The notes: generated by a model not told the origin, from the letters alone. Counted from the first letter of the whole stretch, positions 10,942 through 23,149 are shown. The stretch: 63,945 nucleotides of DNA, filler included, from Globobulimina sp. (GCA_003354225.1; 41 parts of 41 records of this genome joined end to end with filler, not necessarily neighbours in it), one strand, 5' to 3'. Numbers and translations are program-made.

Positions 10942-12404
10942 TAGATAAGTAGATTAACAAATTCTCACTTAAATTGCCCAACATGTTATTGGACTATTAT
11001 ATGGTTCAGTATGTTTTTGGTGCCGATGCGCGATATCCGTATTCCGAAGAGGAAGCTCAACACGTTTTTGGATGAGATTATTGCGTTTACGCTCATGTAT
11101 AAGGAGCCGGATGACGAGATATTGGACAGTATCTTTGAGCCAATTGGCCGAATGGATTAGGTTGTGTCGGAGGGGTTGATTGAGCGCTTGTTTTTGGCTG
11201 CGTTTTGGTGTGATGCCACGCCGCAATCTGAGAACGATAGCGGTTACAATAAGTGGAAGGTGGAGAAGTTGCAGAGTTTCTATTTCCATGCACCGATTTT
11301 ACATTTGTTGTCTGTGATTTATACGAATAAACAAATCATGAATTACGACTATTCCACCAATACATTCCATCATCCTTCCAACGAATTCGCCATTGGTTTG
11401 GATAAAGTTATTGTGGCCACCGTGTATTTAGTGGACAATAAACAGTTACAACAACGCGAGAAATCGTTTGAGAACATTTTATATTTATTGATTTTAATGA
11501 AACAGTTTTTTTATTTCTATCGCAGTGAAGAGCCGAAATTCAAATTCCATCCATTTTTGGATGTCCCCGGCATGAAAAATGCCGACTTGCAGGGGAATGA
11601 CAGTCGGAATCACCACAATAATAATCGTGTATTGTTGATGAAGAAACCGAGGCCATTGTCCAATATGCGAATGCGAGCCAATCTGTTGGAGTTTATCCAG
11701 ATTCATATGAGTCCGATACCGAAGCGGATCCGCAAACTGTTGCGGAAATTGGAGGAGAATGCGGTCAATGAGTTGATTGAAAACAAGAAACATAACAAAA
11801 ACATGCTCTATGGCGATCACAGCGAGCTAACCGACGAAGTGCGGAAGAAAAAAAAGTACCAGCAATTGAAATATCTACACAACAGCATCGAGATTGCATT
11901 GGCCGAATGCATATTAGGTCTGATCGAACTGGGTCCCATCGGCGAGAAAACCTTAGAAATGGCGCTGTTGAAAGAGCTGGAAAAGTATATCTGCCATCAA
12001 ACGAACAAGAAATTGAAATCCATTGCACAGTGGGGCATGAATGCGGTATTCAAGCACAACTCGCATTTATTGGAGCATTTCATACAACAGTCGTGTAAGT
12101 TACATTTGTATTATAACGAATTCGTGGTCGGCTCACAAAATACCATTCAATCGGGAGCCTCCAAGAACAGAAATGATAAGAACATCACACTGATATCGCT
12201 GGCGTATCTGACCAGTTTGGTGAGTAACTTCCAAAGCAATTTGAACCATACTTTGAACCCGATATCCGCACTGGTTTTGTGTATGTTGCATCAATGTTCG
12301 CCGCATCAACAGGCCAGGAATTTGGCGCTGACCTTAGCCAAATGCATGGCGGAAATGGCGGATTGTAGCCGCAAAAACGGCAAGAAAAAGAAACGCAACA
12401 ATCA
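10942..12404 (+). CDS. Fragment of a large alpha-helical protein, possibly Furry/Mor2/Tao3-like
   Basis: 430-codon ORF; LLEHFIQQSC...AYLTSLV...LVLCMLHQCSPHQQARNLALTL resembles the Furry mid-region by recall only. Confidence 0.35.
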
Positions 12405-12504
12405 NNNNNNNNNNNNNNNNNNNNNNNNNNNNNNNNNNNNNNNNNNNNTTAATTAATTAANNNNNNNNNNNNNNNNNNNNNNNNNNNNNNNNNNNNNNNN
12501 NNNN

Positions 12505-13890
12505 TTTCAAAATCTATGAATGCTTCATTTGTAATTTGCTCCAATTCGAATTTCCTCGCATTTGCAATAGCCACCGTATCATTTGGGTTTGTAAAATATA
12601 GATCGATGTGATGTCCAGCATCCTCAATCACAATACTTGGTAATGATTCACTCAAATTCTTAGTAATACCGGCGCCTTTCCATGGATCTAACTCGCCATT
12701 CGAAAAAACAATGTTTGAAATTCCACCGATTCCAATATCCCAACCACCCCAATTAATACTTAACCAATCTGGTTGTGGCCACGTCCCATATCTGGCATGG
12801 CAACTTTGCACATATTGATCTAAATTGAACGGATTATCCCAAAACATATCATCAACTCCGGTCGAACTATGCGGCCGAACAATTTCTGTGCAAGTAAAAT
12901 ATCCCCAACTTATTCCAGCATCCGCCTCTGCATCAAATGCAACATCAATTCCGGCATTATAACAACTTACATCCCCCGTATAATTATAATAAACGCCTGC
13001 ACTCAAACCAGCCGCATTCAATAAGTCCATATATTCCTCATTGGAGTAGTTTCTATTCAAATAATTATTACATCCAATCTTTAATGGAAATGGTGGCAAA
13101 TATCCCTTACGGATAACTTCCTTCGGACATCATAAATATAGCACTGCTAATCCATGACCTTAATTGTGTTAATTTAAAATAATATGCTTAGCGGTTTCTA
13201 TAATTGATGTAGATACAAATGGGCAAAGCATATTATTTCGAGTTTACCTTAAGCCCATGGCAGAATTTGCACTATTGGGCACATTGCATAATCTTAAACC
13301 AGTTTTGAGATCTTGTCTCCCTGCGGCAGTTTGATGATAATTAATATGGCAATCAATTCAAATGTTTGATGATAATTAATATGGCAAACATCATTATTTA
13401 TATGCCCTGCTTTTGTACAATCATAGGTCTCGATCTTTGCCGCATAATTTGTAATTAATGGTGGGTTCAATCCTGGAGAGGCTAAGATCGGTGCTGATGC
13501 TGCAATGCACCCATCCATTGAAGCAGGATATTTCATTCTAAACCATGAACATAATTGGCCGCCATAAGAACCACCAAATCCAATTACTGGCGAATCCCAT
13601 GAATTCCACTCAAGCTTAAGATTTCGAATCATCACTGCAAAATCACCCAATGCTTGATCAGGAATTGCATAATAAATATAGTTATGATCATTATCCATTG
13701 TGTTGTTCAGCAAACACCAAAATAGCACCAAAATCATCTGCATTTTCCCACATTAAACCTGTAGCATTGACATACAATTCAACATTTGCTTCGTTTCCGG
13801 TATAAAAAAAAATAGTGTTATTTGGTCTCCATTGTGCTCCTGAAAAGATAAAATATCTCTGTTGATATGTTGTTTGACCGTTTAATGCCG
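12505..13890 (-). pseudogene. Lysosomal Pro-X carboxypeptidase (peptidase S28) with three frame-disrupting lesions
   Basis: IFFYTGNEA, GGSYGG, AASAPI, NIVFSNGELDPW and GHHIDL motifs; HRYYG block missing at about 13703; further lesions at about 13330-13352 and 13108; intron 13159-13247. Confidence 0.85.
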
Positions 13891-14067
13891 GCCTGCAATG
13901 TTTTTGTTTTAAAAGTATAGACAAAAGCTTAATGGCGAGAAGTTTGCAAAAGACAAATTACAAACAANNNNNNNNNNNNNNNNNNNNNNNNNNNNNNNNN
14001 NNNNNNNNNNNTTAATTAATTAANNNNNNNNNNNNNNNNNNNNNNNNNNNNNNNNNNNNNNNNNNNN

Positions 14068-15530
14068 CTCCATTGCGCCAACAATATCGCCTCCACCTAC
14101 CATTGCACCAACACCACAGACACTCACTACCACTGAAGCTGTGCCTGTGGTGACCTGCCCGCCATGTACCACTAGTTCATCTACCATTGATTGCTCAATA
14201 TGTCCCACCGCAGAGCCTGTGCCAGTGCCATGTACTACAGCTACCAGTACAGAACAGCCGTGTCCTACATTTATATGTGAATGCCCTGATATAACATCTG
14301 AGCCATGTCCCACAGACGATATATGGGATATTTTCACCACCGAAATGTGTCCACCTTGCGGGACAGAACCAGCTAATATATCCACCACAACCCCATTCTC
14401 AACAACGTTATACCCAAAAACGAGCGAAAGTGAACAACCATGCAGTACGGAAACAAAAATTGTATACGTAAATATAAGTTGTCCCGAAGCAACACCATGT
14501 CCTACATTCAACATTGATACCACTGCTCTACCCACACCGACACCGGTTACCATAATCAATGACGATTGCGAGTTTTGTTTGGGTGAATGTGGCATGATAT
14601 ACCCGGACCAACCTACAGCAGCACCTACAACAGCACCCACTGCAGTTACTACCACCGCACCACCGCTTGAACCCAAAAAAAACACAAATTACTGTTAAGT
14701 AATTAAAAATATTGCGTTTACATATTCATTTCTGTTGTATGATGCAACAATACAGCTATCTTTATGGAGCTTAAGGTAAAATACGATGACGTCGATGATC
14801 TATGTCCCTCTGATGATGTATTTGCTGATTACTTATTAGAATTATCGACGTGTCAGGTATTTGACAAAGAATCGACATATTGTGTCATAGAAGCCATTAC
14901 TACGGAGTCTATCATTTATGCTGCAGCTACCTCACAAAGACGGTTGATTTATGACACCGAGGATGGCTTTGTCATCTATATAGCTATGCAAATATTAGCA
15001 AACGACGACACAGATTTAGCAGACATTGAGCGGCAAATCAACACACAGACGTTTGCAGCGGATGTGGAGTACAGATGGCAGTCAAATGCGGCAAACGCGC
15101 AGCGCAGAATCGTTGTTGTATTCACAGAAGATAATAATACACGCGATCCAGTGCTTATTGCTGATGTTAAACCGACAGAGGGTAAGTTTAACTTAACCGA
15201 GACTTTACTGATTGTCATTGGAGTCGGTGTGATTTTGATCGGTATGATATTGTGTGTATGGTGGTGCAGCAAGAAAAATAAGAAATATGCGAAGCAATCT
15301 GATCAACATTCTGAAGGGATGACTGATGTAGAAACGCATGAGGAACAGGAGGAGATTGAGGAGAATGACGAGGAAAATGTAAGTTCATTGGAACAGATAC
15401 CATCCCACGTTTATCAAGAGATTGATAACAATGTTAATCATATCAGCAATGGTCAGGGCGATGGCGCAGAAAATGTATTGCTTGGAGTGGATATCGACGA
15501 TGATGAGAATGTCAGACATAATGTGATTGA
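14068..15530 (+). CDS. Mucin-like Cys/Pro/Thr-rich single-pass membrane protein
   Basis: ORFs 14141-14698 and 14764-15582 are joined in frame by a GT-AG intron at 14694-14755 (62 nt); TM segment LLIVIGVGVILIGMILCVWWC. Confidence 0.75.
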
Positions 15531-16448
15531 NNNNNNNNNNNNNNNNNNNNNNNNNNNNNNNNNNNNNNNNNNNNTTAATTAATTAANNNNNNNNNNNNNN
15601 NNNNNNNNNNNNNNNNNNNNNNNNNNNNNNGTAACTGTAATTGATAGTAAACTTATCTCTTTATGTTTTACCATGACTTAACTACTAAAAGATAGTATGC
15701 TCAAGTACGACCAGAGATAACTTTAAAATCCTATGTATGCAGCAACACTTCGTATTGATGGTCTATGGTACTGTATCATGATGCCATATGATGGTAAAAT
15801 GTCAATGACATATGATATATGATGTTGGTAGCGAATAACGAATGGTATTGGATGCTCTTCGAAGCTTGGGCACGAATGCTCTTGTGTTGTTTTGTGTTAA
15901 CCTCCTTCCATACATCCTATATTAAAATTCAAAACCAAAATAGAAACACAAATACAATTACAAAACACGAATTTACAACACATACATGCAATGAGATTCA
16001 AGAATTTTTTTTTTAAAAATACTGTACATACTGGGCTGTGCATGTGGAAAGTTATTACACAAAAATACTACATAAACAACAAAAACATAAGAATGACTTT
16101 GGTTAAACAGTATGTTTTAATTTGATGGAATGTGATGGTATGTACTGTAATATTAATGTAGAATTACATGAATATGTAATCCCTCCCCTGTCATATCCCT
16201 ATTGATGGAATTTACATGCATACATTGATTTCGAACAAAAATACGTGCCAGTACGCCGACACGCGTAATTGAGAATATGGAGAAAAGAGCGTGCCTATGC
16301 TTTAGAATAGGAGGGCAGTTTAGATGCACTAGCAACGAAATAGAAACTTGATTGCCGCTGTGATGAATGAATGGACGAGCCACTGACGCACAGAACCGAT
16401 AGTAAGGTTTTACAACAAAACAGGTTGCCCTCCGCCACAAAAAAGGTT

Positions 16449-17093
16449 AACACATGATAAAATATAGGCACAGTGCACACACAGAAACACCGTAGTATTT
16501 TGTTCGTTACGGAACACATTGTTGCTCGATGTATGGAGATGTATGTATGCTGGATGTCATAAAGATTGGTACTTATACAGGGGGGTCAAGATAGAATTTT
16601 GTTCTTTCACTGTGTCATACAGTACTTCATACAATACCATACAGTCATAATTCACAACAAAACATTTGGATTAAAAATCATTCATTCTGTACATACAACA
16701 ACAAGAAGGGAAAGAACTCTGGGGTTTTATTTTTAGTTAGGTTGCACCTCCCAAATGGCTAAAAAGGTATTCACACACACACATAAAAAACATTCATTCA
16801 TTAAACAATGTGGTATTCTCTGTGGGTGTGTACAGAGTACAGTTCTAATAATATATATTTTCAATTTAATAACCACATTTTTGATGGTACACAAAAGTCA
16901 TTTTAACATCCAAAATCACTCAAACGATTCGTTCATTCATACAGGAGAAATCCTATTTTTAAATAATGACCATGGGTGGAGAGACAGTCCTTTTTACATA
17001 CATCTCCATACATCGAGCAACAATGTGTTCCGTAACGAACAAAATACTACGGTGTTTCTGTGTGTGCACTGTGCCTATATTTTATCATGTGTT
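16449..17093. repeat. Perfect 99-bp inverted repeat (16449-16547 / 16995-17093)
   Basis: The second arm is the exact reverse complement and runs off the contig end. Confidence 0.95.
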
Positions 17094-17330
17094 NNNNNNN
17101 NNNNNNNNNNNNNNNNNNNNNNNNNNNNNNNNNNNNNTTAATTAATTAANNNNNNNNNNNNNNNNNNNNNNNNNNNNNNNNNNNNNNNNNNNNCTTAATT
17201 CAAATGAAAAAAAGTTTAATTTCAAAATTAAACAAATTAAACAACAATGAGCAACAAAAAAAAAGCAGGGAAATTACAAAAGAAAAAAAAACATAGAAAA
17301 TTAATTAATATTTGACAGCTTACATTTATG

Positions 17331-18649
17331 TTATGTCAATCCGGCTCGTTCCAACGACCAATTAATGATCATAGTCTGTACGTCGTTGAACACCTTTTCA
17401 ATTTGATCCTTATTCGTGGCATTCGTGACATGCGTAAAGATCGACCTCGCCTGATTCCTATTGGTGTTCGTAAATACCTCTTTGATATAAGTCAATGAGG
17501 CTTGCGAGTCATTGGGCGGTCCGTCATAGCTCTCGAACACCGGCGCCACACTGATCGACACAGCCGCTATTTTATCATAGTACAAATCCGACTTATTCAA
17601 GAACAAAATGAATGGAATATCCTGGAACCACTCGCTGTTGACTTGTTCGTCAAAGACCTCAATGGAAACTCCCATCGCATTCTCCTCGTCTTCGAAGGTC
17701 AACTCGTCATAACACGACAAACTCACTACGAATATCACCGACGTCACGGCACTAAAAAAATGGATCCATTTCCTGCGCTCATTGCGCTGTCCGCCGACAT
17801 CGCATATCTTGAACTTATGGTTTTTTATCAAAAAATTCTTCTCTTGCATTCCTATATAAGTAAGCATTAAAAGCGTCATTCCCCAGTTTCAAACTGCAAA
17901 AAAGAAGCAACCTATGCCATTTTCGCCAGTTTCAGACTGAAACGCAACAAATTGGGGCAGTTTGAAACTGAGAAAAGGTGCATCAAAATGTACGCAAAAT
18001 CGCACATCCAACCTGTAGTCCTATATCGCACCATTATTAAGTCAGTGTCAGTCGGCACATAATCGGAACCCGTCACGCGGTCCAAGTCGCGATAGAAATA
18101 CTCGCTGGAATCCGGCACGCAAATCTCGTTCCGGATGGCGTACATGGATTGGATCACGGTGTTGCACCATAATTGTTTTAAATTGTCGATCATTTTGTCG
18201 CTTAATTTCTGGCTGTTTCTGATGGATAATACGGACTCCGCTGCGTCTTTGACAGCATCTTCATTGTCATCGGTTGGATTATAGGATTGGCTTTGTTTTG
18301 TTTCGTCGTTTTCGTCGTCGGACTCTTCGTCGTAGCCATAGTCGTATAGCTTATATTTGGCATATAATTCGGGATCGCGTTCCCAATATTCCTCGCAGCG
18401 GGAAATCAAGGTTTTCATCGACTCGATCAATTGTTCATGGATTTGCTTTTGAAATAAGAGCCTCTGCCGGGCGGGGAAGCCTTGACCGTGGATATATTCT
18501 AATTGCTTGAATAAGGTGGACTTGCCGCTGCCGCCTGCGCCTAATAACAACAACTTAATCTCGGATTGGCTGACTTGGTTTGATTTCTCTAAATCGCGTT
18601 GGACTTCACGATCTTTCGGGTCTGCCGGCGCTACACAACAACCAACCAT
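17331..18649 (-). CDS. Heterotrimeric G-protein alpha subunit, two exons (intron 17852-18012)
   Basis: GAGGSGKST, RYRTTG, DVGGQRNERRKW, FLNKSD and TNAT motifs; the splice restores the frame. Confidence 0.97.
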
Positions 18650-18780
18650 GACGCANNNNNNNNNNNNNNNNNNNNNNNNNNNNNNNNNNNNNNNNNNNNT
18701 TAATTAATTAANNNNNNNNNNNNNNNNNNNNNNNNNNNNNNNNNNNNNNNNNNNNATCAGGCTTAATTCAATTTGTAGAC

Positions 18781-19340
18781 TGCACACCCGATGTTACAGA
18801 AACCGTGTAACCGCTTACCAATTATTTTGTATCTGGATTACAAAAGGATTTTAATGACGGCAGCACAACAATTGGAGGTATTTTTACAGCCACCAATAGA
18901 CAAATTGATGATGAACATTTAAATTATTTACATACTAAAGCATATACTGGAGGAATTGATCTTGATCACTATATGTTTGATAATAAATATGAAATTGAAG
19001 GTGCTTTTTCGTTTTCAAATGTGTACGGTTCTGAGGAAGCTATCTTAGAAACTCAAACCAGTTCTCGTCATTACTTTCAACGACCCGCAAAACATTTAAG
19101 CATTGATTCTACGGCAACTAATCTAGAAGGTTTTTCCCATAAATTAGCTTTCTCAATGATTAGAGGTGAACATTGGAGGTGGTCGCTTGGCGAATGGGCA
19201 TTTTCTCCGGGATTTGAAGCAAATGATCTAGGTTTTAATAGACAATCCGATTCACAAGTTGGATTTATATGGGCACAATACCGACAAGACGATCCCGGCA
19301 AATATATTCGTAGTCATCGCACCAATTTTAATTTAGGAGC
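18781..19340 (+). pseudogene. Bacterial DUF5916-like outer-membrane protein fragment
   Basis: ETV*PLTNYFVSGLQKDFN, AYTGGID, GSEEAILETQTSSRHYFQRP and SPGFEANDLGF; in-frame TAA at 18808-18810. Confidence 0.7.
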
Positions 19341-20217
19341 TGCAGTAAAATCCAAACGGAAGACCTTGGACGATTTGGAGAGCAAAGCTGAATTATTGGA
19401 GCCGGCGCGGAAAGCTAAACTGCTCAAGTTTGAGTTCCCCGACGTTGGGCAGTTGGAGGAATATGTCTGTTTAATGGAGGACGTCTCCTTTAAGTACCCC
19501 AATATGGACAAGATGTTGTTGTGTAATATCGACTTGCAGTTAGACACGGATTCGAGGATAGGGATGATTGGCGCCAATGGCGTGGGGAAGTCGACCATCG
19601 TGAAATTGATATTGAATAAGTTGGAGCCGTTGGAAGGCGAATGTAAATGCAATCGGCAGGCGAGAATCGCGCTATTTACGCAATACCACATCGACCAATT
19701 GAATTTGGAGCAGTCGGCAGTGGAGTTTCTGTGCGAGCGGTTCGCCAATGACTCGGATATGAAGCAACATAAAGATAAGACTGGCTATGCGCGGCGGAGA
19801 TTGGGCCGCTTTAAGTTGACTGGAAAGCAGCATACACAGAAAATGAAGTATTTGTCCGGCGGTCAGAAGTCGCGGGTGGCCTTTTGCGTGGCGACGTGGA
19901 TCAAGCCGCACTTTTTGATTATGGACGAACCGACCAACCATTTGGATATGGAGACCATTGATTCGTTGATTGAAGCGATCAAATCCTTTCCCGGCGGCTG
20001 TTTGGTGATATCTCACGATCAGCATTTTTTGCAGCAAGCGGCCAATGAATATTGGGCAGTGACGCCAGAAGCCATTAAAGCGTTTAACTCGTTTGAAAAT
20101 GCCAAAGAATTTGCATTGAAGTCGAGGTTGGATCAATTGAATGCTTTGGATGAGGAGGAACAGGTTAATGAGGAGGAGCAAAAGAAAAATTATGCCAATA
20201 AGAAAAAGAAAGGGAAA
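19341..20217 (+). CDS. ABC-F family protein, linker and second ATPase domain
   Basis: GANGVGKST, LSGGQKSRVAF, MDEPTNHLD and ISHD motifs; no TM domain. Confidence 0.95.
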
Positions 20218-20341
20218 NNNNNNNNNNNNNNNNNNNNNNNNNNNNNNNNNNNNNNNNNNNNTTAATTAATTAANNNNNNNNNNNNNNNNNNNNNNNNNNN
20301 NNNNNNNNNNNNNNNNNTATATTAACGACAGAAACGATACG

Positions 20342-20641
20342 ATGAGTTGGTTTAAGGTAAAATCACAAAATCAAACAAGAAGAATTAGATTCGACCAGGA
20401 ATCATTAGGTAATTACGAAGCATTTAAAAATCGGATTATTGAAAAATTTGATTTCGCCGTAGTTATTCGTCTGGAATACAAATTGAATGGTGATAATGAT
20501 AAAATTATTATCGATAACGAACAAGATTTTGTAGAATTGATGCAAGATGCACTAATTCTCATTGATTGCTTTATTGTAAATCGCGAAGACGAAGAAGAAA
20601 AAAGAAATGATTTGGTGCCATTTGAAAGAAATAATAATTAA
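20342..20641 (+). CDS. PB1 domain, in frame with the downstream Gag ORF
   Basis: FKVK..QTRRIRF...F...I.EKF...IRLEYK..GDNDKIIIDNEQDF, i.e. basic beta1 Lys plus OPCA-like acidic motif. Confidence 0.7.
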   Translation: MSWFKVKSQNQTRRIRFDQESLGNYEAFKNRIIEKFDFAVVIRLEYKLNGDNDKIIIDNEQDFVELMQDALILIDCFIVNREDEEEKRNDLVPFERNNN

Positions 20642-21779
20642 AATCGAAACTCTGCGCATCATATTCGTAATACATTGGCAAAATTAGCCATAACTAGTAT
20701 ACCATTTAAATTTAATGGTAAAGAGAGTGAAAATATCAATCACTTTAAATTAAGAATAAATAAATATTGCGAAAACAATGAAATTGATAATGGAATATTA
20801 TTGAAACTGTTATTAAATGGTAAAGTTTTAGGCGAATCTGCCTATACATATTTACAACAAAAGGATTTAGATCTCAATGTATTAGATGCCGATAATGATA
20901 AATTAGCATTAGTTTGGGATACATTAATTGCGCGATATGGTAAATTAAATCAAGTAATTCATTACAAACGAAGAATACAACAAAGTAAACAAGGAAGTGT
21001 TTCTATTAAACGACATTTAGAGCACTTTAAAGAAGTATGTCAAAACTTGTCGATTGAGATAAAAATACAGCAATCGAACGGTTTTATTTATCAAAATATG
21101 GACGAATATGAAATCGCGGAATGTTTTATAAAAGGATTAAAATTAGATATTCGATCAAGAGTTATTGATAAAGCTGTACATATTCATAATACTCCAGCTA
21201 TTAATATGCAACAATTAGAAGATATTTTAGCCAAATTCATTGAGCAAGAAAATTATTTAGCTGCAGTTACGAATACGCGACGCGAAGATATCAATGTTAT
21301 ATCACAAAACGAAGAAATTAATGAGTTAAAAGTGCAAATAAACGCACTTAATAATCAGATTCAAGGTAGATTTCAAGGACAAGGACCACGTAATTATGGT
21401 AATCGTGGCAGCGGTTTTCGTGGCGGTGGTTATCGTGGAGGTAATCGTAGCGGTGCTCATCGTGGAGGTAATCGTGGCGGTGCTAATCGTCCCGGATATA
21501 AACCGAAATGCAAACATGGCAAAGAATGTCATTATGGGTTAAAATGTAAGTTTTATCACTTCGCAGATCATATTGAAGCATTTAAAAAGCGAAAACCAGA
21601 CAGATTTACGTCGCATATTAATAATATAAACAACATTAATGTACAAGAAACAGATAGCAATATCCAAGAAACGGAGACAGAATCCGTAGTTATTCAAAAT
21701 GTTGAAGATCCATTTAAATTATGCGAAGATACCGAGGAAGAAAATGACTCGGATTTTTATTAGACCCAAGTACGTCTAT
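20642..21779 (+). mobile_element. gag: Ty3/Gypsy-type Gag (capsid, coiled coil, RGG tract, CCCH zinc finger)
   Basis: PFKFNGKESENINHF, LGESAYTY, KQGSVSI..HL..F and FIKGLKLDIR capsid motifs; RGG repeats; C-x5-C-x5-C-x3-H; TAG at 21761-21763. Confidence 0.8.
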
Positions 21780-21879
21780 NNNNNNNNNNNNNNNNNNNNN
21801 NNNNNNNNNNNNNNNNNNNNNNNTTAATTAATTAANNNNNNNNNNNNNNNNNNNNNNNNNNNNNNNNNNNNNNNNNNNN

Positions 21880-23149
21880 ATGATGACCTTTTTTACCCGC
21901 CCTTTCTCGATCTGATGGCGAAAATGGAGGCGCCGTTGCTGGGCATTTTGGTCGGCGCTGCAGTGGGTCTATGTGTGTTAAGTGTGTATCTCACTGCATA
22001 TTGAATGGTATCGTATGCTTCCGTCGTAATCCCGCCACCAGTCACTAATACAATGGTCCCTGCATCATCCAAATAGCCGTCATTCACAAATTCGTACGTC
22101 TCTACACCGGCGGACATGACTGCCGTGATCAGAGCCACATTCTCCTCATCCGCCGCAGTCACATAATTCCATATAACTGAATTCTGAGCCACCACACCGC
22201 CTTCTCGTTGACCGCCGACACACTCAAAGGTCTCCTCTGCGTAGGGCGACGTGAAGCATTTGGTATACATTCGAGATTTGGTCCCTCCTAAGAGGGTATC
22301 GAAATTATGTACGAGTATATTTGTCCAGGAATCCGCGAGTATATCATAGGTGTCAACGCCCGGGACGCCGACGGCTTGGTTGCGACCGCCGGCTAAATAG
22401 ATCTCACTGCCAACTTTGTTCGGTGCACAGGCAGCATAGAAACGGCCTGCAGTTGGACCTGTGATAGGAGTTTGCCTTTTTTTATGTGTATTTTTGTTGC
22501 GAATTTGCGTATATGGATGGTAGAGACTTAACGATGACGATGCAGTGTCGTATGATACAGCTTCCGTGGAAAATGTGCTGACGTAGACCCCGGAGAGAGT
22601 GTACATTGTTTCATTCACAGCTGTGACACAGGGATAGCGGGTCGCGATTGAATAATTTGTGGTGGATGGAAAGTCAGTGTCTGCAGCGAATAATGGAGTG
22701 GTTGGGGATAGATCCAACCGATAAATCCAATCAGGCGAAAAAGAACTGAGTGAGCTAGTGGTGGAGGCATAGGGTCCTACAATATATAAATATTGACCAA
22801 TGACAACACTACATTGCCCTTCACAAATGAACTCATTATTGGTGGAATCGCCATAAGCGGGTGGTGCGACTGTGAGTAGCTCCCAGTCATTTTGTAGTAA
22901 AGTTGAGACGACATCATCTTTTGCTCCATTTAAGGCGAATTTCGCTGATAAAGGCAGTTTCCAGAATTGATCATTCCATGTACCGCTTGATGCGTTTCTA
23001 CCTCCAAATACATATAAATCGTCTTGATATATAGCAGTTATGTGTTGCATTAGATTCGTTGGTAATGTTATGCCAAGAGTTTTGTATGCATTTTCTTGGG
23101 CATTTACTCTTGATAGTGTTAAGAGAAAGAAGGAGGTAATCATCATCAT
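21880..23149 (-). CDS. Secreted kelch-repeat protein
   Basis: Signal peptide MMMITSFFLLTLSRVNA; LYVFGG, LYIVG, IYLAGG and VLVTGG repeats; PTAAPT stalk; probable in-frame intron 22476-22532. Confidence 0.8.

Noticed and set aside
14020-14685. Val/Gly-rich minus-strand ORF
   Set aside because: Antisense shadow of the Thr/Pro-rich mucin exon; the same applies to 37865-38104
15631-17093. Short ORFs in the inverted-repeat contig
   Set aside because: No motifs; they overlap the repeat arms and have composition expected from TG/CA-rich non-coding DNA
18808-21763. TAA/TAG reassignment (ciliate-type code) to explain in-frame stops at 18808, 20639 and 21761
   Set aside because: Conserved genes end in TAA (e.g. 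G-alpha, the transporter) and long Gln-rich ORFs contain no internal TAR
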